A DNA stretch of 64,000 bases from an uncultured Verrucomicrobiota bacterium (GTDB lineage Bacteria > Verrucomicrobiota > Verrucomicrobiia > Limisphaerales > AAA164-E04): positions 3,152 through 67,151 of the forward strand of contig CAYFGX010000033.1 in assembly GCA_964342405.1 (NCBI GenBank). The letters run 5' to 3'. Both the position numbers and the translations under genes were made by a program. This document shows positions 9,263 through 19,273 of the stretch, one piece after another. The notes under the pieces were generated by a model. The model worked only from the letters and a program-made list of their open reading frames with translations, was not told the origin of the DNA and made no database searches. Position 1 is the first letter of the stretch, and every line of letters begins with the position of its first letter.

Positions 9263-11513
9263 GGACCGAGGCGATCACTCTGATAACAAGCGCAGGCCCC
9301 ACCACCAGCGACAACGCGTGGTGGGGCTTCTGCTGGGCATCGGGTTGATCCTCTCGATTCTAGATTATCAAGTCGCGGGCGCCACTTCCACAAGCGAACC
9401 GACAGAGAAGCCCACGCTTCACGCATTCCGAGTTGCCGAACGGCCCACGATCGACGGCGTTTTGGATGAAGCCGCATGGGCTCAAGCCGAAAAAGCAGGG
9501 CCTCTCTATCGCTACGATCGAGAGTTTGGATCCCCAATGTCTGAGACCACCGAGTTCGCGGTCCTCTATGATGAGGACACTCTTTACATCGGCATCTGGG
9601 CTAACGATTCGAATCCAGACGGAATCAAGGCCCGCACCATGGAGCGCGACTCCAACTCCATCTTCTCAGACGACTACGTTTACCTCGTCATTGACAGTTT
9701 TCACCGACAGCGAAACGGCTACATTTTCTCGGTCAATCCGAACGGCACCCGTTACGACGCGCTCCTCACAAACAACATCTATCGCAATCGAAACTGGGAT
9801 GGAGCCTGGAGCGCACGAACGACCGTCAATGAGGAAGGCTGGAGAGTCGAAATCGCGATCCCTGCAAAATCGGTCAGTTTCGATCCCAACAATTCGACCT
9901 GGGGATTCAATATCTCTCGCACCATAGCCAGAAAAAACGAAAAGGGACGTTGGACGGGAGCGCTTCCCCACCTCTGGACCTATCATGTGTCCGAAGCAGG
10001 AGATATCGTGGACCTACAAGGACTTGATCAGGGCTTGGGCCTGGAGATAGCACCCTATGTACTTGGACGATTTCAAAGTGAGAATAGTGATACCGATCTG
10101 CTCGGCGAATTCGGAACGGATGTCCGGTACCGCATCACGCCCAACATGTCGGCAACCCTAAGCTACAACACCGATTTCGCCGAAGCGGATGTCGATCAAA
10201 GACAACTAAACTTCACGCGATTCCCATTATTCTTTCCCGAGCGCCGCGCCTTCTTTTTGGAGGACAGCGGTCTGTTCGAATTCGGCGGACTCGCCACCGC
10301 CGGCCGAAGTCGCGTGGGATTGAACCGCCCTCTCATCCCGTTCTTTTCTCGGCGTATCGGCCGAAATCTCAATGGCGAGATTGTCCCCATCATTGCCGCC
10401 GGCAAGGTCGCTGGCAGAGCCGGAAAGTACCAGCTAGGCCTCACCGACGTGCTTCTCGATTCCAAAGACGGAATCGGACAGAAGAATGTTTTCGCCGGAA
10501 GGATCGCACGGGACGTGGGCAGCCAATCAAGTGTCGGATGGCTTACCACAGCAGGCGATCCAAACAGTGACCATGACAACCTAATGGCTGGCCCAGATTT
10601 CCGCTATCGCAACACCGAGTTCATGGGCACTCAAACACTCCAAGCAAATGTCTTCGCGCTGAGCAGCTTCACCGACAATGGCGAAAGTGAAACCGGCTAC
10701 GCTCTGGGAGGCAACCTCACCCTTCCCAACGATCGATACTACCTTCACTTGCAATACGTGGAAATTGACGAAGCCTTTAATCCCGCACTCGGATTCGTGC
10801 CTCGAAAGGATATTCGCGCCTACAACAATCTCTGGGGATTCCGACCGCGACCTGCCTCAATTTCGTGGCTGCGCCAAGCGCATTTTTGGTATGAGAACGA
10901 ACACTATACCAACCTCGACAACGAACTAGAAACCTACGAACACAGAGTCACGCCACTTTCATGGGACTTCGAAAGCGGAGATGATATCTCCTTCTCTGCC
11001 ATCCATCGATATGATGCTCCGACCGATCCATTCGACATTGCGGGCGATGTGACTGTTCCCGCCGGAGATTTCTCCTGGAACAGCTATCGATTCAACGCTG
11101 ATTTCGCCGGCTATCGAGTCTTCGCCCCCGATCTAACAGTCAACTTTGGCGAGTACTACAACGGACATCGAGAAACCTATACTCTGGGAGGAGATTTCCG
11201 AAAATGGAAGTATGCCAGTCTTCGTGCCGATTATTCATTTTCAGATATTCGCCTTGCTGGGGAATCAGGCGAAACCCACCTCGCTTCCGTTCGGCTCTTA
11301 CTTTCAGTGACGCCGGATCTCTTTTGGACAAACCTACTCCAATACGACAGCATTTCAGAATCAGTCGGCTACAATAGTCGAATCCAGTGGGAGTATAAGC
11401 CGGGAGCGAAAATGTTCTTGGTTCTGAACCAGAACTACTTGGCCGACGACCTCTCATTCCGAGTACAGGAAACAGTGGCGACACTTAAGGTTGGGGGTCT
11501 ATTCCGCTTCTGA
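9231..11513 (+). CDS. DUF5916 family protein (N-terminal CBM9-like sugar-binding domain plus outer-membrane beta-barrel-like region)
   Basis: PTIDGVLDEAAW, VLYDEDTLYIGI, FSVNPNG, GWRVEIAIP, WGFN, NTDFAEADVD, FPLFFPERRAFFLE, FFSRRIG; ends in F. Start uncertain (9231, 9246 or 9318). Confidence 0.85.
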   Translation: MAIATMPQSLKDRGDHSDNKRRPHHQRQRVVGLLLGIGLILSILDYQVAGATSTSEPTEKPTLHAFRVAERPTIDGVLDEAAWAQAEKAGPLYRYDREFGSPMSETTEFAVLYDEDTLYIGIWANDSNPDGIKARTMERDSNSIFSDDYVYLVIDSFHRQRNGYIFSVNPNGTRYDALLTNNIYRNRNWDGAWSARTTVNEEGWRVEIAIPAKSVSFDPNNSTWGFNISRTIARKNEKGRWTGALPHLWTYHVSEAGDIVDLQGLDQGLGLEIAPYVLGRFQSENSDTDLLGEFGTDVRYRITPNMSATLSYNTDFAEADVDQRQLNFTRFPLFFPERRAFFLEDSGLFEFGGLATAGRSRVGLNRPLIPFFSRRIGRNLNGEIVPIIAAGKVAGRAGKYQLGLTDVLLDSKDGIGQKNVFAGRIARDVGSQSSVGWLTTAGDPNSDHDNLMAGPDFRYRNTEFMGTQTLQANVFALSSFTDNGESETGYALGGNLTLPNDRYYLHLQYVEIDEAFNPALGFVPRKDIRAYNNLWGFRPRPASISWLRQAHFWYENEHYTNLDNELETYEHRVTPLSWDFESGDDISFSAIHRYDAPTDPFDIAGDVTVPAGDFSWNSYRFNADFAGYRVFAPDLTVNFGEYYNGHRETYTLGGDFRKWKYASLRADYSFSDIRLAGESGETHLASVRLLLSVTPDLFWTNLLQYDSISESVGYNSRIQWEYKPGAKMFLVLNQNYLADDLSFRVQETVATLKVGGLFRF

Positions 11514-14500
11514 TAGCTGATGGGGTTGCTGCAGAAAGGCAATCAAGTCCGCCAAACCACCAGCCCCAATCTGTTCCGCCAGGCCTTCCGGCATTAAACT
11601 CAGATTCGACTCTCTCAACTCCGAAATCTGATTCCGCACCAAGATCACTGGCTCGCTATTGGGGATTCTGAGAGTCAGACTGTTTCCTGTTTCTTCGCTA
11701 ATGACTCCCGTCATCGCGTCCCCACTCTCGGTCTCCACGGTGTAGGCGAGAAACTTTGATTCCACCGCTCTGTTTGGTTCCATGATAGCAAGCAGCCATG
11801 CCCGAGTGCTCCGATCTGAGACAGCACGAAGATCGGGACCAACTTCATATCCCTGCCCCGCTAGCCGATGGCAACTCGAACAATGCAGTTTGAACAGCTC
11901 TTGTCCCCGCAAAGGATTTCCACGATTCGCGAACACCGACTGAAGCATCTGCTCGAAAGATAGCGCCTTAGCTCGATCCTGGTCCGGAGATTCTCCTAAG
12001 ACCATCAAGCGAGAATCCCCCAAGCGAGTCAGTGAGTCCCGCAGCTCAGGCATCTCCAAAATGCCGGCCCAATCTCCCGCGAAGAACTCGTCCGCACGTG
12101 CCGCAAGCCGCGACGGCCGATTGAACCACTGCCTGGCAACCAACGACCTCACGCTCGCCCTCAACACAGGCCATGATTTTTTCAGTATCGAGATAAGCTC
12201 AGAGGAACCATGGTGGCGCAGTAATTGAAGAACCCGAGATTGTAACAGCGTCGACTCCCGGGCCTCTAGAGCTCTAGCTAGTAGATCCAATCGCATTCCC
12301 GCTTCCACGACGAAAGCGATCGAAAGAGCCCGTCTCTCCACGTCTTCATCTCTGCTGAAGGCCACCAGCTCCGCATCATTCATCAGCAAGCGCATCGCAT
12401 CGCGAAGCCCCTCCGATTTGTAATGGGGTGAAGTCACATCAAAATGGGCATTCCCTCTCAAGCCGCTGCGTCTCAGCTCTGCGAGATAGAGTCGAAAGAA
12501 ATCCAATCCAGAATTCGTCTGCCGAATGGACGCATCGGATAAGACCGTCGCAAGTAGAGATTCAACGCCTTCTTCGTCTCGCTGCTTAACGGCATAACGG
12601 AGGAGAGTAGAATACCAGCCTTTCTGGCGGAGAAAGTCTTTTGGATCTCGAGCTGAACACAATATAACGCTGCGTAGCTTCTTCGGGAGCGAAACTTCAA
12701 TCGCATTCATCAGCTCCGACGATTCTGCCGTCAAAGCAAGGCGAAAAAGCGTTTCAGAATAGCCCTCCCCGGGCACCAACCCAATGCTCAGAGCAAGCTG
12801 CATGCGCACACTCTCGTTGGGGTCTTCTCCCATCAGAACCAAGCGGGATGAAAGTGATTTCAGGGAGGCAGTGCGAGGCGATGGGTCAGGAACTCGGAGC
12901 GTCTCAATGAGGAACGGCTCCGCCAGCTGAATCGCGTTACGCCGCACTTCAACGGATGAAGACTCTAGCCCAACGAGCAGATCGGCTTCAGTCAGGGCCC
13001 CCATTTCGTTCAAAGTCCAAAGACTCTGGAGTAAGGACTTAGACCTGAGATTCTCCGACTGAAGCTGAGAACGCACCAAGGCAGCGAGCCCTGGATTCTT
13101 CGATCTTACAATCAATGATTGGGCCCGATCGCGTACCCAACCATTGGAGCTTCGCAGATACTGAACCCATTCCCTATCCGATTTCTCGCCCAGCCGAGGG
13201 ATCACGCGAGGCGGTCTTTTCGCAGGATAAACCCGGTAAATTCGGCCCCGCTCCGACCCGGATCTGAGATCGATAACCGCGGCAACGTCATCAGGAATCC
13301 ATTCGGGGTGTTCGATCACCAAGCGGTACATGTCAGCGAAGTATAGGGCTCCATCGGGTCCCGTCTTCATGCCCGTCGGCCGAAACCACGGATCGACAGA
13401 AGCCAGAAACTCTCGATCCTTTTCACCGTCAGAGCGCCGGCTGGTGAACGATACACCTTCTCTGCTCAGCACCTCCCGATGAATCACATTGTGCACGGGT
13501 TCACTAACAAAGACGGAGTTTCGATAGTCGCCTGCAAACAGATCATCACGATATGGCGTGGGACTGTTTCCCGAGGTTACATGATTCCGATGTCCCACAT
13601 CATTGAAACGCTGCAAGCTTGCTCCCACGCTATAGACAAAGGGGTCGTCGCGGCCTAAAAAACGTTTATTGGTGGGCAACGGGAAGTCTGGATTATTCAC
13701 CAGATAGGACTCCGGAAACCAGAAATGCCAGAGCCAGTTCGGATTGTTATTTCCAAACCAATTCCCCCAATCATCACGGTGGCGACCGAATTGAGTCCGA
13801 CCTTCGATTGCCTCAAATTCTTTCGTCACCGGGTGAAACCGAAAATCTCTTCCTGATATATTGACCTCTCCACCGTCGCTGGCTCCGTGGATGATCCCTC
13901 CACTATCCCCGTTGGCTCCGTAGAACCAACCATCCAAGCCACGCGAGAACCCGTTCACGCGATGTTGCTGATTCCCCTCACGAAAGCCTGTATACCAGAC
14001 CTCCCGGTAGTCAGCACGCCCGTCCCCGTCCCGGTCCTCAGCATAGAATATATCTGGAGCTGCACTGACCAGAACTCCGTTTCCCCACGGAATTAGTCCC
14101 GTCGGAAAATTCAATCCCTCAAGAAAAACAATGGAGTTTTCGTACACGCCGTCTTGATCTTGATCCGTTAGTCGGCGCACTTTGCCCCCCCCTTTGCCTT
14201 TTCCATCAATCCCTGCAGGATAGTCTCCCATCTCGACGACCCACAGACTCCCATCGGTGTCCCAGTCAAAATAGATGGGATCCGCGATCAAGGGTTCTGC
14301 CGCCACAAGTTCAACCGTGAGATCCGGCGCGTGTTGCATCAATGAAATGCCTTCTTGAGGACTCACTGGTTCGGGCAGATCTCCAGCAAGCAAGCCATCA
14401 AAGGAACGACGATCCACTAGGTCCGGCAGATGGGCTGTGTCCTCGTTTTGGACCCAGAGGTGACCCGAATGGAACCATACTCCGTTTTGACGAAATGGAC

Positions 14501-16223
14501 CACTACGAACGAAGGAAGGAATCTCGCTCGGCCTCTCAGATCGTTTACGATCAACGACGGTTCGGCTCCAGCCTCGTGCAAATCCGAGAACAACTTCTGG
14601 AATGTAGAGATGCAAGCCTACACGTTCCTCGTTCGACAGAATGAGATCATCAAATCCATCCCGGTTGATGTCAACGAAGCGAACGCCATTGTCTCGGCCG
14701 AGTTCATCCACCAGTTTTACCCCAGCGGGCAACGCGTAACCCTCTGACCTCCACGTCTGCTCCCCCTCGCTCCACCGAAGCACGGATCCACCAAGCTCCC
14801 CGCCCACAATCAGCTCGTGCAGTCCGTCTCGATCCAGATCCCGAAATCGGAGTCCGGTGTCGACACCCTTCTTCTGGGAGAAAATTGCCCGGGCTCCCAT
14901 TTGGAACTCACGAATCAACGCCTCATCAGCAGCCCAAGCACCCTCTCTAAACGACCACGCACCCTCCACCTTCTCGGTTCGAACCAAGGCGGAAAGCTCT
15001 CCTTCTTTCAGACGGGCAAACTTGACCCCACTGTTTCTCCCATCTCTCTCGATCAGCTCGATGGGAAACGACACATCAGTCCATTCGCTTTTATCGGGGC
15101 TCCAGGTCCGTGCCACCCGAAGCTGGCGGTTCGCGATCACAACATCCAAATAGCCGTCTTGGTTTAGATCAAGCAACCTCACGCCATTGTCTTCGCCTGC
15201 CTCGTCACGGATGCCCTGTCCTTGAAGGAGGTTCTCGTTGAGGCGCGTCAAACATTCTTCGAAGTTCAAGAACTTCACACGATCGCCATACCTTGTCTCG
15301 GCATACTCGATCAGTTCTATCACTTGGTCGCTACGAATCCATCCATGCGGATGAAATACCAAATTAAAGACGCCTTGTTTGAGAACCGTTAGGTCCAGGG
15401 CACGTTTCCAATCCCGAACCGTATCCTCGTGATTGACCCCTTGAACATTCTGGGCCTCCCAATCACTGGGAACCATACAAGGAAATTCCCAACATTTCTG
15501 ACCAATGATGTAGGGATAGGGATAGTTTTCGATGGTTGTAACAAAAGAATCGAATGGTAAGTAGCGTTCGAAACGCGGCTCTCCAGCTTCGTTCTCGATC
15601 CATTCCCGGGGCAACTCTGGATCGGCCGCGGTGTACACGCACATGATCGAGGAATCGATCTGCAGAAACTGACCGGCTGGATTCGTCCGATTAAACAACT
15701 CAGCATAGAAGCGAGGGCTTGGGCTGTTGATGGAGTCACAGCAAGGCATCCGATACGCAACGGGACGATTGCCGGGAACATGATTCAACAAATCAATTCC
15801 GCCAAAGAACGTGTCCTCCGCCGCACCGAAGTTTCTCTTCGACAACAGAGGACAAGGGTGAGTGAGCGTATGCACCTCCAATGAGACCCCTTCCTCCAAC
15901 CAGCTTTGATAGCGAGCAAGCGACGGGTCGATCGCGTTGCTCATGATGCTGACGTGCCCTTTACCATCACGAGCCTTCAGGCGAGCTAAGATGGGGCGAA
16001 GGTAAGTCTCATACGCCTTGGGCTCGCGCATGTCATCGATTGCAAGCACCACGACAGCTTCCGTTGCAGCGTCCCCAATCCACTGGGGAGTCGTCAGTTT
16101 AGGGAATCGATGATCCACGAAAAAGGGATCGTTTTCGTCGAGGGCGGAAATGCTATCAGCCACCACCTCGGCGAACAAAAGCAGCCATCCCAGGCAGATC
16201 ATCCTAAAGATAGGGCCTGTCAT
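11499..16223 (-). CDS. PVC-type heme-binding CxxCH protein with N-terminal polysaccharide deacetylase-like and FG-GAP repeat domains
   Basis: VLAIDD and EVHTLTHP (NodB-like); repeats DLNQDGYLD, DLDRDGLHE, DINRDGFDD; VELVAAEP..DP..FDWD.DG.LWVVEM.DYP propeller; HEAT-like helices; HCSSCH...GPDL. Confidence 0.88.
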   Translation of the reverse strand: MTGPIFRMICLGWLLLFAEVVADSISALDENDPFFVDHRFPKLTTPQWIGDAATEAVVVLAIDDMREPKAYETYLRPILARLKARDGKGHVSIMSNAIDPSLARYQSWLEEGVSLEVHTLTHPCPLLSKRNFGAAEDTFFGGIDLLNHVPGNRPVAYRMPCCDSINSPSPRFYAELFNRTNPAGQFLQIDSSIMCVYTAADPELPREWIENEAGEPRFERYLPFDSFVTTIENYPYPYIIGQKCWEFPCMVPSDWEAQNVQGVNHEDTVRDWKRALDLTVLKQGVFNLVFHPHGWIRSDQVIELIEYAETRYGDRVKFLNFEECLTRLNENLLQGQGIRDEAGEDNGVRLLDLNQDGYLDVVIANRQLRVARTWSPDKSEWTDVSFPIELIERDGRNSGVKFARLKEGELSALVRTEKVEGAWSFREGAWAADEALIREFQMGARAIFSQKKGVDTGLRFRDLDRDGLHELIVGGELGGSVLRWSEGEQTWRSEGYALPAGVKLVDELGRDNGVRFVDINRDGFDDLILSNEERVGLHLYIPEVVLGFARGWSRTVVDRKRSERPSEIPSFVRSGPFRQNGVWFHSGHLWVQNEDTAHLPDLVDRRSFDGLLAGDLPEPVSPQEGISLMQHAPDLTVELVAAEPLIADPIYFDWDTDGSLWVVEMGDYPAGIDGKGKGGGKVRRLTDQDQDGVYENSIVFLEGLNFPTGLIPWGNGVLVSAAPDIFYAEDRDGDGRADYREVWYTGFREGNQQHRVNGFSRGLDGWFYGANGDSGGIIHGASDGGEVNISGRDFRFHPVTKEFEAIEGRTQFGRHRDDWGNWFGNNNPNWLWHFWFPESYLVNNPDFPLPTNKRFLGRDDPFVYSVGASLQRFNDVGHRNHVTSGNSPTPYRDDLFAGDYRNSVFVSEPVHNVIHREVLSREGVSFTSRRSDGEKDREFLASVDPWFRPTGMKTGPDGALYFADMYRLVIEHPEWIPDDVAAVIDLRSGSERGRIYRVYPAKRPPRVIPRLGEKSDREWVQYLRSSNGWVRDRAQSLIVRSKNPGLAALVRSQLQSENLRSKSLLQSLWTLNEMGALTEADLLVGLESSSVEVRRNAIQLAEPFLIETLRVPDPSPRTASLKSLSSRLVLMGEDPNESVRMQLALSIGLVPGEGYSETLFRLALTAESSELMNAIEVSLPKKLRSVILCSARDPKDFLRQKGWYSTLLRYAVKQRDEEGVESLLATVLSDASIRQTNSGLDFFRLYLAELRRSGLRGNAHFDVTSPHYKSEGLRDAMRLLMNDAELVAFSRDEDVERRALSIAFVVEAGMRLDLLARALEARESTLLQSRVLQLLRHHGSSELISILKKSWPVLRASVRSLVARQWFNRPSRLAARADEFFAGDWAGILEMPELRDSLTRLGDSRLMVLGESPDQDRAKALSFEQMLQSVFANRGNPLRGQELFKLHCSSCHRLAGQGYEVGPDLRAVSDRSTRAWLLAIMEPNRAVESKFLAYTVETESGDAMTGVISEETGNSLTLRIPNSEPVILVRNQISELRESNLSLMPEGLAEQIGAGGLADLIAFLQQPHQLSEAE

Positions 16224-16288
16224 AAAAATCCGGGCTTGTTTTTTCGAGCCGGCGTCCGACCGCCAGCGCTTCGGTCTCGGAGCAGAAT

Positions 16289-17317
16289 TTAGAAATCGAA
16301 ATCTCCGATATTCTCTTTCGTGAATACCATAATATCCCCGAGAATCACCTGATCCTCGACAACGGACTTCGTCCCCAAAGTGCCCGCTTCAAATTCGGTC
16401 GCGCCGGCACTTAACTTTCCTGTTGCCAGCGCTTCTCCTACCTGCACCGTCAAATATCCAAGATCAGAGGTATTCCACAGAACCACTGATTTAACCGTCC
16501 CATCTTCGACATATGATCGCATGCTGTTCGGTGTTGCGAGGCCCGTCACGAGCACTTCCCCACTCTTTCCTGCCTGCTTAACGGCTTCAGCAGCTCCTGG
16601 GAACGAAACGGAACTAATCCCAAAGAAGCCACGAATGTTCGGATAGGTCTTCATCAGGTCTTGAGTCACACTAAAAGCGAGTTTCTGGTCCTCATCGGAA
16701 GGTTTGATTCCAACAAGGTTGAGCAACGGATAGGTCGACTCCAACCGTGCTTTCATGTGTTCGATCCAAACGTTCTGGTTTGCAGCCGTGAGGTAGGCAG
16801 TAACAATGGCAACATCGGCGGCAACATCTTTACCGCCCAGATCGTTTACCATCGTATCCACCATTCCGTAGGCGATCGCCTCGGCAGTCGCCTGATTCAC
16901 AAAGTACTCGCGAGCGTCCTTTACGCCATCAGCATCCCAGGTGATGACATGAACCCCTTTCGCTCGGGCTTTGCGCATCGCCGGGGCGACCACATCAGGA
17001 TCGTTCGGGGAGACAGCGATGACATCGGCCCCTTTCAAGGTAAAGGTCTCGATCATGGAAGCCTGCGTTTCAGGAGAGCCATCCGTGGGCCCATCATAGA
17101 TCAACTCAACGTTGCCCAGTTCTTGAGCCGCGATACGAGCCCCCTCAGCACACGAACTGAAGTACGGCAGCCCCTTCTTTTTGGGGATCAGATAGATTGT
17201 GACCTTGTCATCACTCGCTTCCGTCTCTGGATTCCCAGCGGACGGCGACTGACTGCCACACCCAGCCCATAACAAGGCCAAGAACAACGATACACCGAAT
17301 TCAAATGCTTTTTTCAT
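16289..17317 (-). CDS. Sugar ABC transporter substrate-binding lipoprotein (RhaS/LsrB-like, probably rhamnose)
   Basis: Lipobox LWAGC; IPKKKGLPYF, GADVIAVSPND, VITWDAD, VLWNTSDLGY. Start ATG 17317, 1 nt after the permease stop. Confidence 0.9.
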   Translation of the reverse strand: MKKAFEFGVSLFLALLWAGCGSQSPSAGNPETEASDDKVTIYLIPKKKGLPYFSSCAEGARIAAQELGNVELIYDGPTDGSPETQASMIETFTLKGADVIAVSPNDPDVVAPAMRKARAKGVHVITWDADGVKDAREYFVNQATAEAIAYGMVDTMVNDLGGKDVAADVAIVTAYLTAANQNVWIEHMKARLESTYPLLNLVGIKPSDEDQKLAFSVTQDLMKTYPNIRGFFGISSVSFPGAAEAVKQAGKSGEVLVTGLATPNSMRSYVEDGTVKSVVLWNTSDLGYLTVQVGEALATGKLSAGATEFEAGTLGTKSVVEDQVILGDIMVFTKENIGDFDF

Positions 17318-17318
17318 A

Positions 17319-18272
17319 CTAGTGGTCACTCGACTCCCGCCCACTGCTCGGTGTGAACCACCGATGCAACAAGACAGAGATAATCAGCAGGGATCCAATA
17401 ACGACAAAGTTTAGTTCATCTCGACTCCAACGCCAACTGACAAATTCGCGGGTCTCGTGAATCAGTAGCACGCCTAATGTGGTTCCAATTAAGTGCCCGC
17501 GCCCGCCGAAAATACTCACCCCACCAATGACAACCGCAGTAATCACCAACAACTCAATCCCCATCCCGATATCCGCCTTGGCCGTGTTGCGTCGGGCGAC
17601 AAAAAGTACCGCGGCAATCCCGGCGCAGAATCCAGAAAATGTGTACAGCCACAACAACACGCGATCCACTCGCACTCCAGCGAAGCGAGACGCAACTTCA
17701 TTGTGGCCTATAGCGTAGCACTGCTTGCCCCAAGGAGAGAAACTGAGGAATCCTAAGCATGCCAAGAAGAGCACCAGAAAGACCCAAGCTGCGACCGGCA
17801 AGCCGAATACGATGCCCTGCCCTAGCCAAGCAAAGGAGTCCGGAAAGGACGACACTGGTTTCGCTTTGCTCAATCCCTCAGCCGCTCCACGAAATGCCGC
17901 CATCGTCGCAAGGGTCACGATCAGCGGGTGAACCCGCACGCGAGTCACCACCAATCCATTCAGAGCCCCACAAAGCGTCGCAACGGCTACACCTAGGAGC
18001 GAACCAAGCCAAGGGGACAAACCACTTTGATAGCTCATTCCAACCGTAATCGCACAAAGTGCCATCATCCCGCCGATCGAAAGATCGATTCCTGCGGTGA
18101 TAATGATCATCGCCATAGGAACCGAAAGAATTGCGATCTCCCAAATATGCGTTGAGAGTTCTTGCTGAACATGCGCCTGAACGAACAAGGGTTCCAAAGA
18201 TCGGGCGATCCCAAGCAGACCTACGATCAAGGCGAACAAGATCACTTCATGCCAGTAACGGAACGCCTTCAA
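17319..18272 (-). CDS. Sugar ABC transporter permease (RhaQ-like)
   Basis: IIITAGIDLSIG, HPLIVTLAT, AIGHNEVASRFAGV, ITAVVIGGVSIFGGRG. Confidence 0.92.
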   Translation of the reverse strand: MKAFRYWHEVILFALIVGLLGIARSLEPLFVQAHVQQELSTHIWEIAILSVPMAMIIITAGIDLSIGGMMALCAITVGMSYQSGLSPWLGSLLGVAVATLCGALNGLVVTRVRVHPLIVTLATMAAFRGAAEGLSKAKPVSSFPDSFAWLGQGIVFGLPVAAWVFLVLFLACLGFLSFSPWGKQCYAIGHNEVASRFAGVRVDRVLLWLYTFSGFCAGIAAVLFVARRNTAKADIGMGIELLVITAVVIGGVSIFGGRGHLIGTTLGVLLIHETREFVSWRWSRDELNFVVIGSLLIISVLLHRWFTPSSGRESSDH

Positions 18273-19273
18273 ACGGCACCTCCCGCCGAACTCGCTTCAG
18301 TCTGCCGAACGACGTGGTCCAGCAACACCGCGGCAAGAATAAAGAACCCTTGAATAGCTCGGGACCAATAGGTGGCATCCTCACCGAGTTTAAGGAAGAT
18401 CAGCACCGTTGAGATCATCGTCATCAAGACGGATGCCGTCACCACTCCGGACAATGTGCCAACGCCCCCCGAAATCGCCACGCCACCAACAACGACGCAA
18501 GTCACAACAACGAGTTCAGCCCCATGACCAAAGCCCGAATCAATGACCGAGAGTTGCGGGGCACTCACTAACACAGCGAGGCCAACGAGGACCCCGGTCC
18601 ATAGAAAGGTCAGTAGCTTTATTGCCCGAACGGGAATCCCCGCATAGCGTGCCGCCTCTTGATTACTCCCCACAGCGTAGACCCGACGACCAAAAGCGGT
18701 GAGATTGAGGACAGCTCCCGTGATGACAATCACCACCCCTGCCGTCACGACCGAGATCGGCACACCAGCCACGGCGCCCGTCCCCAGAACTCGGAGGGGA
18801 TCCGGTAAGTCTGTTACCCATTCGCCACCCAGCACGATCTCTGTGACGCCCTTCAAGAGCGTTAACATGCCTAAGGTCACGATGATCGATGGCACCCGCC
18901 CAAAGGCCACAAGGACTCCGTTCAGCGCCCCAAGCCCCGCTCCCAAAAACACCACCGCAACACAGGCCACCGGAACGGGCCATCCAAAGTGGCTCGGCGA
19001 ACTCAACACGCCCAAAACGGCTGCCAACAGCCCCATCATGGATCCGACCGAAATATCGATCTCCCCCGTCAAGACAACCATCATCACACCGCACGCGATC
19101 ATGGCAACCGGGGCGGCCTGAACCAAGAGATCCTTAATGTTCCCGAGCGAGAGAAACTGTGGGCTAACCAGCGTCACGGTCAGCACCGTTGCCAACATCA
19201 ATGCGGCGATCCCATAACTCCTTTCACGCCCAAGCAAGAGGAGGATTCTCATCCCTTTCGACATCGCACTCAT
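18269..19273 (-). CDS. Sugar ABC transporter permease (RhaP-like)
   Basis: VVLTGEIDISVGS, VPSIIVTLG, GRRVYAVGSN.EAARYAGI, VVVGGVAISGGVG. Confidence 0.92.
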   Translation of the reverse strand: MSAMSKGMRILLLLGRERSYGIAALMLATVLTVTLVSPQFLSLGNIKDLLVQAAPVAMIACGVMMVVLTGEIDISVGSMMGLLAAVLGVLSSPSHFGWPVPVACVAVVFLGAGLGALNGVLVAFGRVPSIIVTLGMLTLLKGVTEIVLGGEWVTDLPDPLRVLGTGAVAGVPISVVTAGVVIVITGAVLNLTAFGRRVYAVGSNQEAARYAGIPVRAIKLLTFLWTGVLVGLAVLVSAPQLSVIDSGFGHGAELVVVTCVVVGGVAISGGVGTLSGVVTASVLMTMISTVLIFLKLGEDATYWSRAIQGFFILAAVLLDHVVRQTEASSAGGAV

